64,000 bases of DNA from Candidatus Eiseniibacteriota bacterium (GCA_965224245.1 OZ245046.1:3776001-3840000); one strand, 5' to 3'; counted from the stretch's first letter, positions 8,618 to 19,047 are shown. The notes: a model not told the origin generated them from the letters alone. A program made the numbers and translations.

Positions 8618-10050
8618 CGCGCCCCGTCCTCGTCCGGTGCGCCCGAGGTCCCACCGCGGGCCGCCCCTCGCCGCTCGAGCACACCGTAGTCGTGGAGACG
8701 CGTGTAGAGGGTCTTCACGCTGATCCCCACGACCTCCGCGGTCCGCGTCTTGTTGCCGTCGTTGGCCTCCAGCGTGGCGAGGATGATCGCCCGCTCGGCG
8801 TCGGCGAGCGTCGTCCCCACCGGGACCACGACCTCGTGCACGCTCCCGTCATCCCGAGAGGGCTCCGGACGGTGCACGGATCGATGGGACGGCAAGTGCT
8901 CGGGCAGGATCTCGCCGACACCGCACAGGATGACGGCGTGCTGGACGGCGTTGCGAAGCTCGCGGGCATTCCCGGGCCAGTCCTCCGCCTTCAGGTGCTC
9001 GAGCGCCTGCGGAGAGATTCCCGTGACCCGCGCGCCGTCCGACTCGCGGAACAGCTCCAGGAAGTGCATGGCCAGGAGCGCGATGTCGTCCCTTCTCTCT
9101 CTGAGCGGCGGCACCCGGAGCGTGAACACGTTCAGCCGGAACAGGAGATCCTCGCGGAAGGCGCCGTCGCGAATGCGGGCCGCGATGTCGGCGTTGGTGG
9201 CGGCGATGACGCGCACGTCGACCTCGATCTCTCCCGAGCCCCCCACGCGCCGCACCTTGCCGTCCTCGAGCACGCGAAGGAGCTTGGTCTGGAGGTCCGC
9301 GGGCATCTCCCCGATCTCGTCCAGGAACAGCGTGCCTCCGTCGGCCTGCTCGAAGCATCCCGCGCGGGCGGCGGTCGCGCCGGTGAACGCGCCCCGCTCA
9401 TGGCCGAAGAGCTCGCTCTCCAGGAGCGTCTCGGGAATGGCACCGCAGTTGATCGGGACGAAGGGCTTCTGCGCGCGGGGGCTCTCCCGGTGGAGCGCGC
9501 GGGCCACGAGCTCCTTCCCGGTTCCGCTCTCGCCCTGGATCAACACCGATGCACGGGTGGGAGCGACCTGCTCGACCAGTCGGAACAGCTCGAGCATCGC
9601 CGGCGACTGGCCGACCATCGCGTCCAGCCGTCCCTCGCGGCTCATCAGTCGCCTGAGCTCGCGCACCTCGCGCCGCAGCTGGGCGCGCTCCAGACCGCGC
9701 TCGATGACCACGAACAGACGTTGAGGCTCGATCGGCTTCACGAGGTAGTCGAACGCACCGCGTCGGGTCGCCTCCACGGCGCTCGTGATCGACCCGTGGC
9801 CGGTCAGGACGAGCGTCGTGGCGTCCACGCCTCGACTGTCGAAGTCACCCAGAAGCTCGAGACCCGACCGATCGGGGAGATCCAGATCGACGACGACGAG
9901 ATCGGGCGGCGTGGCCAGAGCCCGCTCGATCGCGCGGGCCGCGTCGGGTGCCTGGTCGACCGCGTAGCCGTGACCGGACAGGAGGCCGGCCAGGCCCCGC
10001 CGGAGACCGTCGTCGTCGTCGACGAGGAGGATGCGTGGATGGTCGCTCAC
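8614..10050 (-). CDS. sigma54-dependent response regulator (NtrC/AtoC/ZraR family)
   Basis: Receiver ILLVDDD..DLDLP; Walker A GESGTGKE; GAFTGA; FLDEIGEM; WPGNARELRN; Fis HTH; start estimated. Confidence 0.93.
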   Translation of the reverse strand: MSDHPRILLVDDDDGLRRGLAGLLSGHGYAVDQAPDAARAIERALATPPDLVVVDLDLPDRSGLELLGDFDSRGVDATTLVLTGHGSITSAVEATRRGAFDYLVKPIEPQRLFVVIERGLERAQLRREVRELRRLMSREGRLDAMVGQSPAMLELFRLVEQVAPTRASVLIQGESGTGKELVARALHRESPRAQKPFVPINCGAIPETLLESELFGHERGAFTGATAARAGCFEQADGGTLFLDEIGEMPADLQTKLLRVLEDGKVRRVGGSGEIEVDVRVIAATNADIAARIRDGAFREDLLFRLNVFTLRVPPLRERRDDIALLAMHFLELFRESDGARVTGISPQALEHLKAEDWPGNARELRNAVQHAVILCGVGEILPEHLPSHRSVHRPEPSRDDGSVHEVVVPVGTTLADAERAIILATLEANDGNKTRTAEVVGISVKTLYTRLHDYGVLERRGAARGGTSGAPDEDGAR

Positions 10051-10200
10051 CGGGCTGATCGCCTCTCGTGCGCGGGCGGCGTGGCGTGGCAGGACGACGT
10101 CCGGAAGACAGTAGCACGCTGACCGGACGGCGCGAACTGTTCGGATTCGGCGAGCGCGGCGAAGGGGGGTGGCGGGCGCCTCGGACGCCCGCCGCACCCG

Positions 10201-13146
10201 TCAGCGAAGAAGCACCACCCGGCGGGACTGCGATACCCCGCCGGCATCCAGCCGGTAGAAGTACGTACCCGGCGCAACCGGTCGGGCGAGGTCGTCGTTT
10301 CCGTCCCAGCGCACCGTGTAACGCCCGGCGTCCCGCACGGCATCGTCCAGCGACCGCACCCGGCGGCCGCCGGTGTCGTAGATCGTCACGCGAACGCGCG
10401 CGCGGTGCGCGATCGCGTACGAGATGAACGTGCCGCTCGTCGCGGGGTTCGGGGTACTCGGGTAGAGCGCGTGTGCGAGGGGAACGGACGTGGCGGGAGG
10501 CGTCTCGGGCTCGGTGGGCGTGCCGTCGAATCGGGTCACGTTCAGGACCTGATCGGACGCGACGTCCGTGAGATCGGTGCCGGTGCCGTCGGGCCAGCGC
10601 ACCGAGACCCGATCGACGAGTGACGCCTGATCCAGCCCGAAGCGAACCGCGGACGGGTCGTGCCCTCCCAGCCCCGAGCCGGACCCGACGACGCGCGACT
10701 GTACCGAGCCCTCCACCTGGACCTCGACGCGGGCGCCCACGCCACCGCTCGGATCGTCAGGGGCGATCAGCGTGACGCCCAGCCACCGGCGGAGCGGCGC
10801 CTGGCTCTTGAACAGACGGTTGGACCCGCCGTCGTCCGCGACGAACACGTCCGGGCGACCGTCGGCGTCGACGTCGGCCACGGCCAGGCTCAGGGCCGTG
10901 GTCATGCCCTCGAAGTTGAGTCCGGTGACGTCGATGAAGCCGTCGAGCGCGTCGTTGCGGATCAGCCGCACGCCGGTCACGTCGTCGGTCAGGACGAGAT
11001 CGAGCCGCCCGTCGGAGTCGTAGTCGAGCCATGCGGCATCGAGCGAGCCACGTGGCTCGCCGAGGGGGCTGTCGGGTGCGACGTCGATGAGCTCTCCGTC
11101 GTCGTTTCGGTACAGCGCGTCGGCCACGTCGAGACGCGTCACGAACAGGTCGGGATCCCCGTCCCCGTCGTAGTCTCCGAACGTGGCTCCGATCGACCGG
11201 CCGTTGCCGGTCTCGGGCGTGAGCTGGACCGCGGTGAACACGCCGCCCTCGTTGACGAAGAGCCGCTCGCCGTCGTCGAAGTTGGCCACCGCCAGATCCA
11301 GATCGCCGTCCAGATCGACGTCGGCGAACGCGGCGCCCGAGGACCGCCCGTCGTCGTCGAGGCCCAGCTCGGCCGAGATCTCGACCCAGACGCCACCACC
11401 GTCGTTCCGGTACAGCCGGTTCGCCTGACCGAAGTTCGTCAGGTAGATGTCGACGTCGCGATCGGCGTCGATGTCCACCGCGTACGCGGCGCGACCGGCT
11501 CCGCTGTGATCCAGAGGCGCGACGGTCGCGTCGGTGAACGCACCGGTTCCGTCGTTGATGAACAGACGGTTGGCGCTCCCGCTCTCGACCACGTACAGGT
11601 CGAGATGCTCGTCGCCGTCCACGTCGGCGAACAGCGCCGATCGCGATGGCCCCTCGTCCGCCACCGGGGTCTCGGCCCCGATCTCCACGAACGTGGCGTC
11701 GTCGTTCCGATACAGGAGGTTGGCCGCCCCCTCTCTGGGCACGTACAGATCGGGGTCGCCGTCACCGTCGATGTCGCCCCAGGACGGCACGCGCGAGGGC
11801 CCGTCGGCTTCCAGCGCGACCTGCTCGTCACGGGCGAAGAACGGGACCTGGGCCACCAGCGGGTCGAGGACGAACAGTCCTTCGTTCATGTCCGACACCA
11901 CGACGACGCCGCTCGGGTAGTCGGTGAAGACGCCCCAGGCGCCGGCGAACGAGTAGCCCTGCCCGACGGGATGCGTGTCGAAGAAGCCGACCTCGGCCAT
12001 GCGATCGACGTCCGAGACGTCGATGACCCGGAGCCCACTCTGGTAGTTCGCCTCGAACAGGAAGTCACCCCGGACCATGCAGTTGTGATCGCGTGCGGTG
12101 ACGTCGTTGGTCCAGTAGCGAACGTAGACCGGGTTCTCGAGGTCCTCGACGTTGAACACGAACGTGCGCGCGCCCGGCATGCCGGCGTACGGCTCGTCGA
12201 GCTCGTCGTTCACGAACACGTGGCGGCGATCCTCGCTGAGCCAGGTCTGATGGCAGTACGTGAGTCCCGGGTAGGTCGCGCCCAGCGTCAGGATCTCGAT
12301 CGCGGCCTTGTCGGTGACGTCGAGGATCCAGAGGCCTCCCTCCTCCCCGGCCAGGAACGCGATCTCGCGTCCGTCGTACTCGCCGCCGTGGTACGTCACG
12401 ACCTGACAGTCGTGGATGGCGCGGCCGACCCAGTTGCCGGCGTAGACGGGGACCTCGGGATCGGATAGATCCAGGATCCCGAGGTCGCGATACCCGTTGT
12501 CCTGGGCGCCCGATATGTAGAGAAACCCACTCTCCTCGTTGACCGCGATGTTGTGTGCGGTCGTGAACCGGAGCCCGCTGTCGCCGGTGTACGTATCCAC
12601 GTAGCGCACGATGCCGTCGTCGATCTCGGCCAGGTCGACGATCTGGAGGCCCCACGCGGTCTGGTCGGTGACGACGTACGCGTAGTGCTGGTACGTCCGG
12701 ATGTCGCTCCAGGCGGTGTTCGGATGCTCCAGCACGTCCACCACGACCGGATTGCGCGGATCGGTGATGTCGACGAACGCCGTCCGGTTGTTGAGCCCCA
12801 TCAGCGCGTACTCGCGTCCCGAGGGCGACGTGTATCCCCAGACGTCGTTTCCAGCGGAAGCAGGGAGCTCTCCGAACGAGCCCAGGTCCACGTTGGAGAG
12901 GAGCGCGACGCCGCTGGCCGGGTAGCCCCGAGCGATGCGATCGCCCACGCCGGTGACGCCCGGGACGCTCCCGGCGGTGGCCGGGGCGCCGACACCGCAA
13001 GGCGGGCGGCCGAGCGCGTCCGCCGATGCGTCGTCGAGCGCCTCGAGGGGCAAGAGCGCCCCCGCCGTCGTGGTCGTGAGCGCCAGTAGCATCATCACCG
13101 TACCGATCCGGAACTCGAGATCCGGGGAGTCACATCTCACCGTCAT
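10201..13146 (-). CDS. Secreted choice-of-anchor B / LVIVD protein with FG-GAP repeats, ASPIC/UnbV domain and C-terminal FlgD-Ig (T9SS-CTD-like) domain
   Basis: NDVWGY..REYALMG, AHNIAVNE, HQTWLSED, GAWGV; many D.DGDGD.DL repeats; GARVEV..RFGL..VRWPDG; PNP..IYDTGGRRVR..WDG..GTYFYRL. Confidence 0.85.
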   Translation of the reverse strand: MTVRCDSPDLEFRIGTVMMLLALTTTTAGALLPLEALDDASADALGRPPCGVGAPATAGSVPGVTGVGDRIARGYPASGVALLSNVDLGSFGELPASAGNDVWGYTSPSGREYALMGLNNRTAFVDITDPRNPVVVDVLEHPNTAWSDIRTYQHYAYVVTDQTAWGLQIVDLAEIDDGIVRYVDTYTGDSGLRFTTAHNIAVNEESGFLYISGAQDNGYRDLGILDLSDPEVPVYAGNWVGRAIHDCQVVTYHGGEYDGREIAFLAGEEGGLWILDVTDKAAIEILTLGATYPGLTYCHQTWLSEDRRHVFVNDELDEPYAGMPGARTFVFNVEDLENPVYVRYWTNDVTARDHNCMVRGDFLFEANYQSGLRVIDVSDVDRMAEVGFFDTHPVGQGYSFAGAWGVFTDYPSGVVVVSDMNEGLFVLDPLVAQVPFFARDEQVALEADGPSRVPSWGDIDGDGDPDLYVPREGAANLLYRNDDATFVEIGAETPVADEGPSRSALFADVDGDEHLDLYVVESGSANRLFINDGTGAFTDATVAPLDHSGAGRAAYAVDIDADRDVDIYLTNFGQANRLYRNDGGGVWVEISAELGLDDDGRSSGAAFADVDLDGDLDLAVANFDDGERLFVNEGGVFTAVQLTPETGNGRSIGATFGDYDGDGDPDLFVTRLDVADALYRNDDGELIDVAPDSPLGEPRGSLDAAWLDYDSDGRLDLVLTDDVTGVRLIRNDALDGFIDVTGLNFEGMTTALSLAVADVDADGRPDVFVADDGGSNRLFKSQAPLRRWLGVTLIAPDDPSGGVGARVEVQVEGSVQSRVVGSGSGLGGHDPSAVRFGLDQASLVDRVSVRWPDGTGTDLTDVASDQVLNVTRFDGTPTEPETPPATSVPLAHALYPSTPNPATSGTFISYAIAHRARVRVTIYDTGGRRVRSLDDAVRDAGRYTVRWDGNDDLARPVAPGTYFYRLDAGGVSQSRRVVLLR

Positions 13147-13335
13147 TCGTTCGCTCCTCACCGACCGCACCGGGAGTGTCTCTCGCCGCGTGCGGTCACA
13201 CACCCCACCTCATCCCCCGAGCCCGGGATCGCCGGGCTCGATCGTCTTCCGCCAGTCGCCGCATTCTAGCGTATCGCGAGACCGGCCGGCGATTCGCCGA
13301 ACGGATACAGGATTCAGCGATGCTGGCGGTCGACG

Positions 13336-14850
13336 TCAGTCGCGGAGCAGACGGTCGACCGGCGCGAAGTCGTCGGTCAGGGTGATCGCGTGGGGCCACG
13401 GCACCTCGCCGTCGTACACGCGGGCGGCCTCGTCGACGTACTGTGGTCTCGGGACGCGTCCAGCGTCGACGAGCGCCTGCGCGCGCGCGGTGAGCGCGTC
13501 GCGGTCCAGGTGGCGGGGCTCGGTGAGCCCGACCACGACCGTATTGCCCGACCAGTCACACAGGAAGAACGTGAACTCCCGGAATCCGGCCGCCGACATC
13601 GTCTTGACCAGCGCGAAGAGGAAGGCGCTGTCCGGCTCGTCGGCGGGCTCGATGACGTTGTACATCAGGACACCGCCGGGCGAGAGCCGCTCGCGCGCGA
13701 TCTCGAAGAACTCGCGCGTCGTCAGCTGAAACGGAATCGTGTTGCCGTAGCGGCCCGAGTTGTACGCATCGACCACGATGACGTCGAACGTGGACTCGGT
13801 GCTCCGGAGGTACGTACGTCCGTCCGCCACTTCCACGTCCAGCCGCGGCGAGACCGGAAGTCCGAAGAACCGCTCGGCCACGTCCACGACTGCGGGATCC
13901 ACATCCACCGCGTGCACCGTCACGTGGGGGTAGTCGGCCAGGAACTGCTTGGGGCCGGTCGCACCGCCGAGCCCGATGAAGAGGACGTCGTCGATCTCGT
14001 CGCGAAAGAGCCACGCCGAATGGAAGTGCTCGGTGTACTCGTATCCCCCGCTGGCCGGGTTGTCGATCAGCATGCGACTCTGGCGAGTGTCGTCGAACAT
14101 CAGGTGGCGGTATCGTCCGCGATCCACGACGCGAATGTGGTGATAGGCGCTGTCGTGCTCGTACCGGACCTCGCCGAGCGCCGCCGCCGGCCCCACGAGC
14201 GCCGCCGTCGCGGCGACCCCGAACAGGGCCATGAGGGCGACGCCGCGCCTCCGGTGGACGATCGCGGTCACGAGCCCCAGCGCGACCAGCGCGATGGCGA
14301 TCCCCCGGAGCGTGGTGCTGATCGCGACGTGCCCCAGGAGGTAGAACCCGGTGGTCAGCGTCCCCGCGATGCTCCCGAGCGTGGACAGCGCGGACATCCC
14401 GCCGGCCACGTGCCCGGCGCGCGCGACGTCGTGCGTGGACAGGCGGATCGCGATCGGCGTGACCGCGGCCAGGAGCGCCACCGGAAGCGCGAACAGCGCG
14501 ATCGTGGCCACGATCGCGTGAGTGGAGAGCGGCAGCCTCGACGTCGCGACCGCCTCGCTGAGCCCGAGCGAGACCACGGGCACGACGGCGATCAGGAGAC
14601 CGGCCACCAGCGGCGGCCCGGCCAGACTGGAGAGCGCCGGACGTCGATCGCCGAGGCGTCCTCCCAGCGCGTACCCGACGCTCATCGCGCCCAGGAACAC
14701 GGCGATGACCGCCGACGTCTCGCGGAGCGCGGTGCCGAACGTCCGGCCGATGATCCGGAAGGCGAGGACCTCGGTCGACATCAACGTGGCGCCGGCGACG
14801 AACACGACCAGCATCACGAGCGCACGCTGGACCACCGCCGGCCCGCTCAC
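13336..14850 (-). CDS. Fused MFS-like membrane / spermidine-synthase-like SAM-dependent protein
   Basis: GTG overlaps the upstream stop; N-terminal TMs; IGLGGA, VDVDPAVV, DGRTYL, FDVIVVDAY, LTDDFAPVD. Confidence 0.85.
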   Translation of the reverse strand: MSGPAVVQRALVMLVVFVAGATLMSTEVLAFRIIGRTFGTALRETSAVIAVFLGAMSVGYALGGRLGDRRPALSSLAGPPLVAGLLIAVVPVVSLGLSEAVATSRLPLSTHAIVATIALFALPVALLAAVTPIAIRLSTHDVARAGHVAGGMSALSTLGSIAGTLTTGFYLLGHVAISTTLRGIAIALVALGLVTAIVHRRRGVALMALFGVAATAALVGPAAALGEVRYEHDSAYHHIRVVDRGRYRHLMFDDTRQSRMLIDNPASGGYEYTEHFHSAWLFRDEIDDVLFIGLGGATGPKQFLADYPHVTVHAVDVDPAVVDVAERFFGLPVSPRLDVEVADGRTYLRSTESTFDVIVVDAYNSGRYGNTIPFQLTTREFFEIARERLSPGGVLMYNVIEPADEPDSAFLFALVKTMSAAGFREFTFFLCDWSGNTVVVGLTEPRHLDRDALTARAQALVDAGRVPRPQYVDEAARVYDGEVPWPHAITLTDDFAPVDRLLRD

Positions 14851-16901
14851 GTGAGCCGCACGCGGCCGATGACGGTCTCGGCGATCAGCAGGACGAACGC
14901 CGACATCAGGAGCTCCCGCCAGATCTCGCGCCCGTGGCGCGCCTCCAGCACGGCCTCGCGGATCGGCGTGTCGACGCCGAGGATCCGTACCCCATCGCCC
15001 CAGCGATCGGCGATCTCGCTCACGTCCCGATAGCGGAGATGCCCCTCGGCGCCGTCCAGGTGCACGGCCACCGATCGCAGCGGCTCGCCGTTCATCGTGA
15101 AGCGATAGACGCCCGGCACGTCGGTCGGGTCGGTCCGGACCACGACGCGACCCGATGCAACCTCGGTGCCCAGCGGCAGCTCGCGCCCCGACGGCGTCAG
15201 GCACTGGATGTCGCCGTCGAGGACGTCGGGATCGAACTGCAGCTCGATGGGCTCTCCGGCCCTGAACTGACGGGCGTCGACCGATCCCGAGGCCAGGGAC
15301 AGGATGCTCTGGTGGAGGAATGGGAGGAACGAGCCGCCGGTCGGGAAGTTGCCCCAGCGCAGGTCGGCCGACGAGGTGAACAGCAGGAACCGATCGGCCT
15401 CCACGACGGCCGGCAGCTCGCCGAACCGTGCCAGCACCCGATCGCCGTTCGAGACGCGTGTGCGCACGACCTTCGTGAAGCGGGCCCGCGTCAGCGCCTC
15501 GCCGTAGTCCACCGCGAACCCCTCGAAGAGGGGATGCCCCGGGACCTCGGGCTCCAGCGAGAAGAAGCTCCCGGGCACCGACTCGGGGTCCTCGAGCGTC
15601 ACGTGGCAGAAGCCGTCGAGGACGTTGGTGTTGTAGTAGCGAAGGTCGACGCGGTCTCCGAGAATCACGAAGACACCGGCACCGTCTCGGTGTGCGAGGC
15701 GCAGGCGCTCGAGCACGCCTTCGCTCAGGCGCTCGACGTTGTTGAGGACGAACACGTCGTAGTCCAGGTCGGCCTGCACCGAGAAGTCGCGAAGCGGGAT
15801 CTCCTGGACCGTGAACGTGCGCTCGCCGACCTGCCCCGGCGGATCCAGGGCCAGCCGCACGTAGGGCTCGCGCGCCACGTCGTCGGGCGTGCCGCCGTGC
15901 ACGAGGAGGACGCGAATCGTCTGGCGTTCGCTCGGGGTCACCCATGCCGCGTCATCGGCCGAGAGCGCGTCCTCGGAGATTTGAATCTGAAGCGCTTCTC
16001 CCGACGCCACCGATCGGTTGAGTGCGAGATCGGCGGTGGCCAGATCGGCGGCGGGAACGCGCACCGAGCCCTCCCCCACGAGGTCGTCGCCCGCGAACAC
16101 GCGTACCGGATAGTTCGAGAGCTCCCCGTCGGTGAAGTTGGCCAGGCTGACCCGTACCGCTCCCGAGGTCCCGCTCTGCACGCTCGCCTTCAGAAACGAG
16201 GCGCTGGTGACGGCCACGTTGGGCAAAGACGCCTCGTTCGCGACGGGCACGAGGTAGACCCGGACGTTCTCGGGCAGCTCGGGCAACGCATCCGGATCCC
16301 AGTCGTCCACCTGGAAATCGGATATCACGTAGATCTCGCGATTCAACGTGGACGACCCGGCCGCCCGGCGAGCCGCATCCTCGATGAACACGTCGACCGG
16401 GAGCGGGCGGTACGTGATCGGAGCCCGCTCGGCCCGGGCCATGACGCGCCCGAAGTCCTCGACCGGCGCATCGAACGCCGCGCGCGGGGGATCGGTCGGC
16501 CACACGAGCTGCGTCCGATCGCCTCGTCGGTGGAGCTCGCCGATCTCGGCCAGGCGGTGGCGCGCCACCTCCGCGTGCGACGCCGACTCGGTCGCGGCCT
16601 GCATGCTGAAGGACGTGTCCAGCGCGATCACGCCGGTCGTCGTCCCCGCACCGCTTCCGCCCGATCGCAGCGCCGGCCGCATCATCGCCCCCACCACCAG
16701 CGCGATGATCAGACAGCGCAACGCGAGCAGCAGCCACTGCCGGATCTGGATCCGGCGCCGCTGCCGCCGCGTGACCTCCTGCAGAAACTCCAGGCTCGAG
16801 AACGACTCGCGCCCGGAGCGGCGCCGATTCAGGAGGTGAATCAGGATCGGCAGCGAGACGGCTGCCATCGCGAAGCCGAAGATCGCGTTCAGAAACGTCA
16901 T
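14847..16901 (-). CDS. BatA N-terminal / vWA domain membrane protein
   Basis: PILIHLLNRR..FSSLEFL..LLLALRCL; MIDAS-like DTSFSM, ISDFQ; C-terminal TM E.WR..L..AE. Confidence 0.88.
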   Translation of the reverse strand: MTFLNAIFGFAMAAVSLPILIHLLNRRRSGRESFSSLEFLQEVTRRQRRRIQIRQWLLLALRCLIIALVVGAMMRPALRSGGSGAGTTTGVIALDTSFSMQAATESASHAEVARHRLAEIGELHRRGDRTQLVWPTDPPRAAFDAPVEDFGRVMARAERAPITYRPLPVDVFIEDAARRAAGSSTLNREIYVISDFQVDDWDPDALPELPENVRVYLVPVANEASLPNVAVTSASFLKASVQSGTSGAVRVSLANFTDGELSNYPVRVFAGDDLVGEGSVRVPAADLATADLALNRSVASGEALQIQISEDALSADDAAWVTPSERQTIRVLLVHGGTPDDVAREPYVRLALDPPGQVGERTFTVQEIPLRDFSVQADLDYDVFVLNNVERLSEGVLERLRLAHRDGAGVFVILGDRVDLRYYNTNVLDGFCHVTLEDPESVPGSFFSLEPEVPGHPLFEGFAVDYGEALTRARFTKVVRTRVSNGDRVLARFGELPAVVEADRFLLFTSSADLRWGNFPTGGSFLPFLHQSILSLASGSVDARQFRAGEPIELQFDPDVLDGDIQCLTPSGRELPLGTEVASGRVVVRTDPTDVPGVYRFTMNGEPLRSVAVHLDGAEGHLRYRDVSEIADRWGDGVRILGVDTPIREAVLEARHGREIWRELLMSAFVLLIAETVIGRVRLT

Positions 16902-17797
16902 CAGTTGAGCCGGCTCCGCTTCTCGAGGTATCGAAAGAGCGCCAGATCGAACGGCGTCGACGTGCTGACGGCCACGTACTCGGCGCCCATCTCACCGCAC
17001 GCGCGGCGATAGCGCGTGGTCCAGGCGCGAAACCGCTCGAGGTAGTCGTCGCGGATCTCCCAGGCGTGCGTGGCCAGCCGCTGCCCGGTCTCCAGGTCCT
17101 CGAACTCGGTCTCGCCGCGGAACGGGAACGTCTCCTCGGCCTCGTCGAGCACGTGGAAGACGACCAGCTCGTGCCGCCCGTGGCGAAATCGCTCCAGCGA
17201 CGCGAGCACCTCGTCGGGCGAGTCCATCAGGTCGGAGAAGACCATCACCAGACCACGCCGGTGAATCCGCTCGGCCACCCGGCGCAGCGCCGGCGCGATC
17301 GACGTCCCGCGACCGGCCTCCGCTCGCTCGAGCTCGGCCAGGATCCGCCGCACGTGGACACCGGTCGAGCGCGCGGGCAGGAGTGTCTGGACGGTCTCGT
17401 CGAACATCATCAGTCCGACGGCGTCGTTCTGGGATTGCATCATGAACGCCAGCCCGCCGGCCAGCAGCGTCGCGTAGCGGAGCTTCGTGACCGCGCCCGC
17501 CGAGCGGTATCCCATGGAGGCGCTCGTGTCCACGATGAGCTGCGCGCGGAGGTTCGTCTCCTCCTCGAACTGCTTGATGTAGTAGCGATCGGTCTTCGCG
17601 TACAGCTTCCAGTCGACGAAGCGCGACGGCTCGCCGGTGTTGTAAGGGCGATGCTGGGCGAACTCCACGCTGAAGCCGTGATAGGGGCTCTTGTGGAGAC
17701 CGGTCAGGAACCCCTCGACCATGAGACGGGCGATCAGGTCCATTCCCGACAGCCGCGAGAGGAACGCCGGGTCGAGATAACTCGACGCCTCGGCCAC
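16901..17797 (-). CDS. DUF58 vWA-like protein
   Basis: GLHKSPYHGFSVEFAQHRPY..DWKLYAKTDR..FEEETNL..DTSASM. Confidence 0.93.
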   Translation of the reverse strand: MAEASSYLDPAFLSRLSGMDLIARLMVEGFLTGLHKSPYHGFSVEFAQHRPYNTGEPSRFVDWKLYAKTDRYYIKQFEEETNLRAQLIVDTSASMGYRSAGAVTKLRYATLLAGGLAFMMQSQNDAVGLMMFDETVQTLLPARSTGVHVRRILAELERAEAGRGTSIAPALRRVAERIHRRGLVMVFSDLMDSPDEVLASLERFRHGRHELVVFHVLDEAEETFPFRGETEFEDLETGQRLATHAWEIRDDYLERFRAWTTRYRRACGEMGAEYVAVSTSTPFDLALFRYLEKRSRLN

Positions 17798-17798
17798 G

Positions 17799-18812
17799 TC
17801 AGCGCCCCCTGGCCGGCTCGGGCGCCACCTGCTCGACGAGCTGCGAGATCAGATCGTCGGGCGTGACCCGCTCCGCGTCCGCGTTGAAGTTCAGCACCAT
17901 CCGATGGCGCAGGACCGCCGGCGCGACCGCCTGGACATCCTCGTGATTGGGCTGGACGCTGCCCCGGAGCGCCGCGCGCGTCTTCGCGGCGAGCACGAGG
18001 TTCTGGCTGGCCCGCGGTCCGGCTCCCCACGACAGGTAGTTCCGGACCAGCTCGGGCGCGTCCGGTCCCGGACGCGTCGCTCCCACGAGCCGCACCGCGT
18101 ACTCGATCACGTAGTCCGACGCGGGCACCTTGCGCACGAGCGCCTGAAACTCCCGGATGTCCTGGGCGGCCAAGACCTTCTCGAGGGGCTCGGACGCCGG
18201 CCCGGTGGTGCGCCGGACGATCTCGACCTCGTCCCCGGGGCCGGGATAGTCGATCCGGATGTTCAGCATGAAGCGGTCGAGCTGAGCCTCGGGGAGGGGA
18301 TACGTTCCCTCCATCTCGATGGGGTTCTGCGTGGCCAGCACGAAGAACGGCAGGTCCAGATCGAACGTCTGGTTGCCGGCGGTGACCTGACGCTCCTGCA
18401 TCGCCTGCAATAGCGCGGCCTGCGTCTTCGGCGGCGTCCGGTTGATCTCGTCGGCGAGGATCACGTTCGCGAACACGGGCCCCTTGATGAACTTGAAGAC
18501 CCGGTGGCCCGTGCCGACCTCGTCCTCGAGAATCTCGGTGCCCGTGATGTCGGTCGGCATCAGATCCGGGGTGAACTGGATGCGGGAGAACTCGAGGTCC
18601 AGGACCTCGGCGACGCTGGAGATGAGCAGCGTCTTGGCCAGGCCGGGCACCCCCACCAGCAGGCAGTGTCCCCCGGCGAACAGGGCGACGAGCAGCTCGT
18701 CGACCACGGCTTCCTGACCGACGATCACCTTGCGGATCTCGGCTGAGATCCGCGCCCGGCCCTCGGCGAGGCGCGCGATGGCGCCGGCCGCTTCCTCGTT
18801 CGTGTAGCTCAT
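17799..18812 (-). CDS. moxR: MoxR-family AAA+ ATPase
   Basis: GVPGLAKT, RIQFTPDLMPTD, DEINRTPPKTQAALL, ATQNPIE.EGTYPLPEAQLDRF. Confidence 0.95.
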   Translation of the reverse strand: MSYTNEEAAGAIARLAEGRARISAEIRKVIVGQEAVVDELLVALFAGGHCLLVGVPGLAKTLLISSVAEVLDLEFSRIQFTPDLMPTDITGTEILEDEVGTGHRVFKFIKGPVFANVILADEINRTPPKTQAALLQAMQERQVTAGNQTFDLDLPFFVLATQNPIEMEGTYPLPEAQLDRFMLNIRIDYPGPGDEVEIVRRTTGPASEPLEKVLAAQDIREFQALVRKVPASDYVIEYAVRLVGATRPGPDAPELVRNYLSWGAGPRASQNLVLAAKTRAALRGSVQPNHEDVQAVAPAVLRHRMVLNFNADAERVTPDDLISQLVEQVAPEPARGR

Positions 18813-18930
18813 GTAACCTCCTGCCTCCCGTACCCGCAGCCGTCGCCGGGGTTCCCCGCGAAAACGCCAAACCCTAGCAGCTCTATTCGGTTACGGAAAG
18901 GCGCCGCTCGAGGGAGCCCGGATCGCCCGG

Positions 18931-18959
18931 TTGTCGACTTTTCGGAACTCCGGTATCCT
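18931..18959 (+). promoter_or_regulatory. sigma70-like promoter
   Basis: TTGTCG-N17-TATCCT. Confidence 0.45.
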
Positions 18960-19047
18960 CTTCCGCATTCCAAACGTGCCGGGTTGCGCGACTTTCGGCC
19001 GGCCTGCCTCCACGAGACGCTGCGCGCACAGAATTCAGGAGTTGCTC

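Noticed and set aside
10800-11800. Recurring gtcgccgtc/gacgtcg units as a CRISPR or DNA repeat array
   Set aside because: They are codons of FG-GAP D.DGDGD repeats, degenerate at the DNA level and without spacer structure
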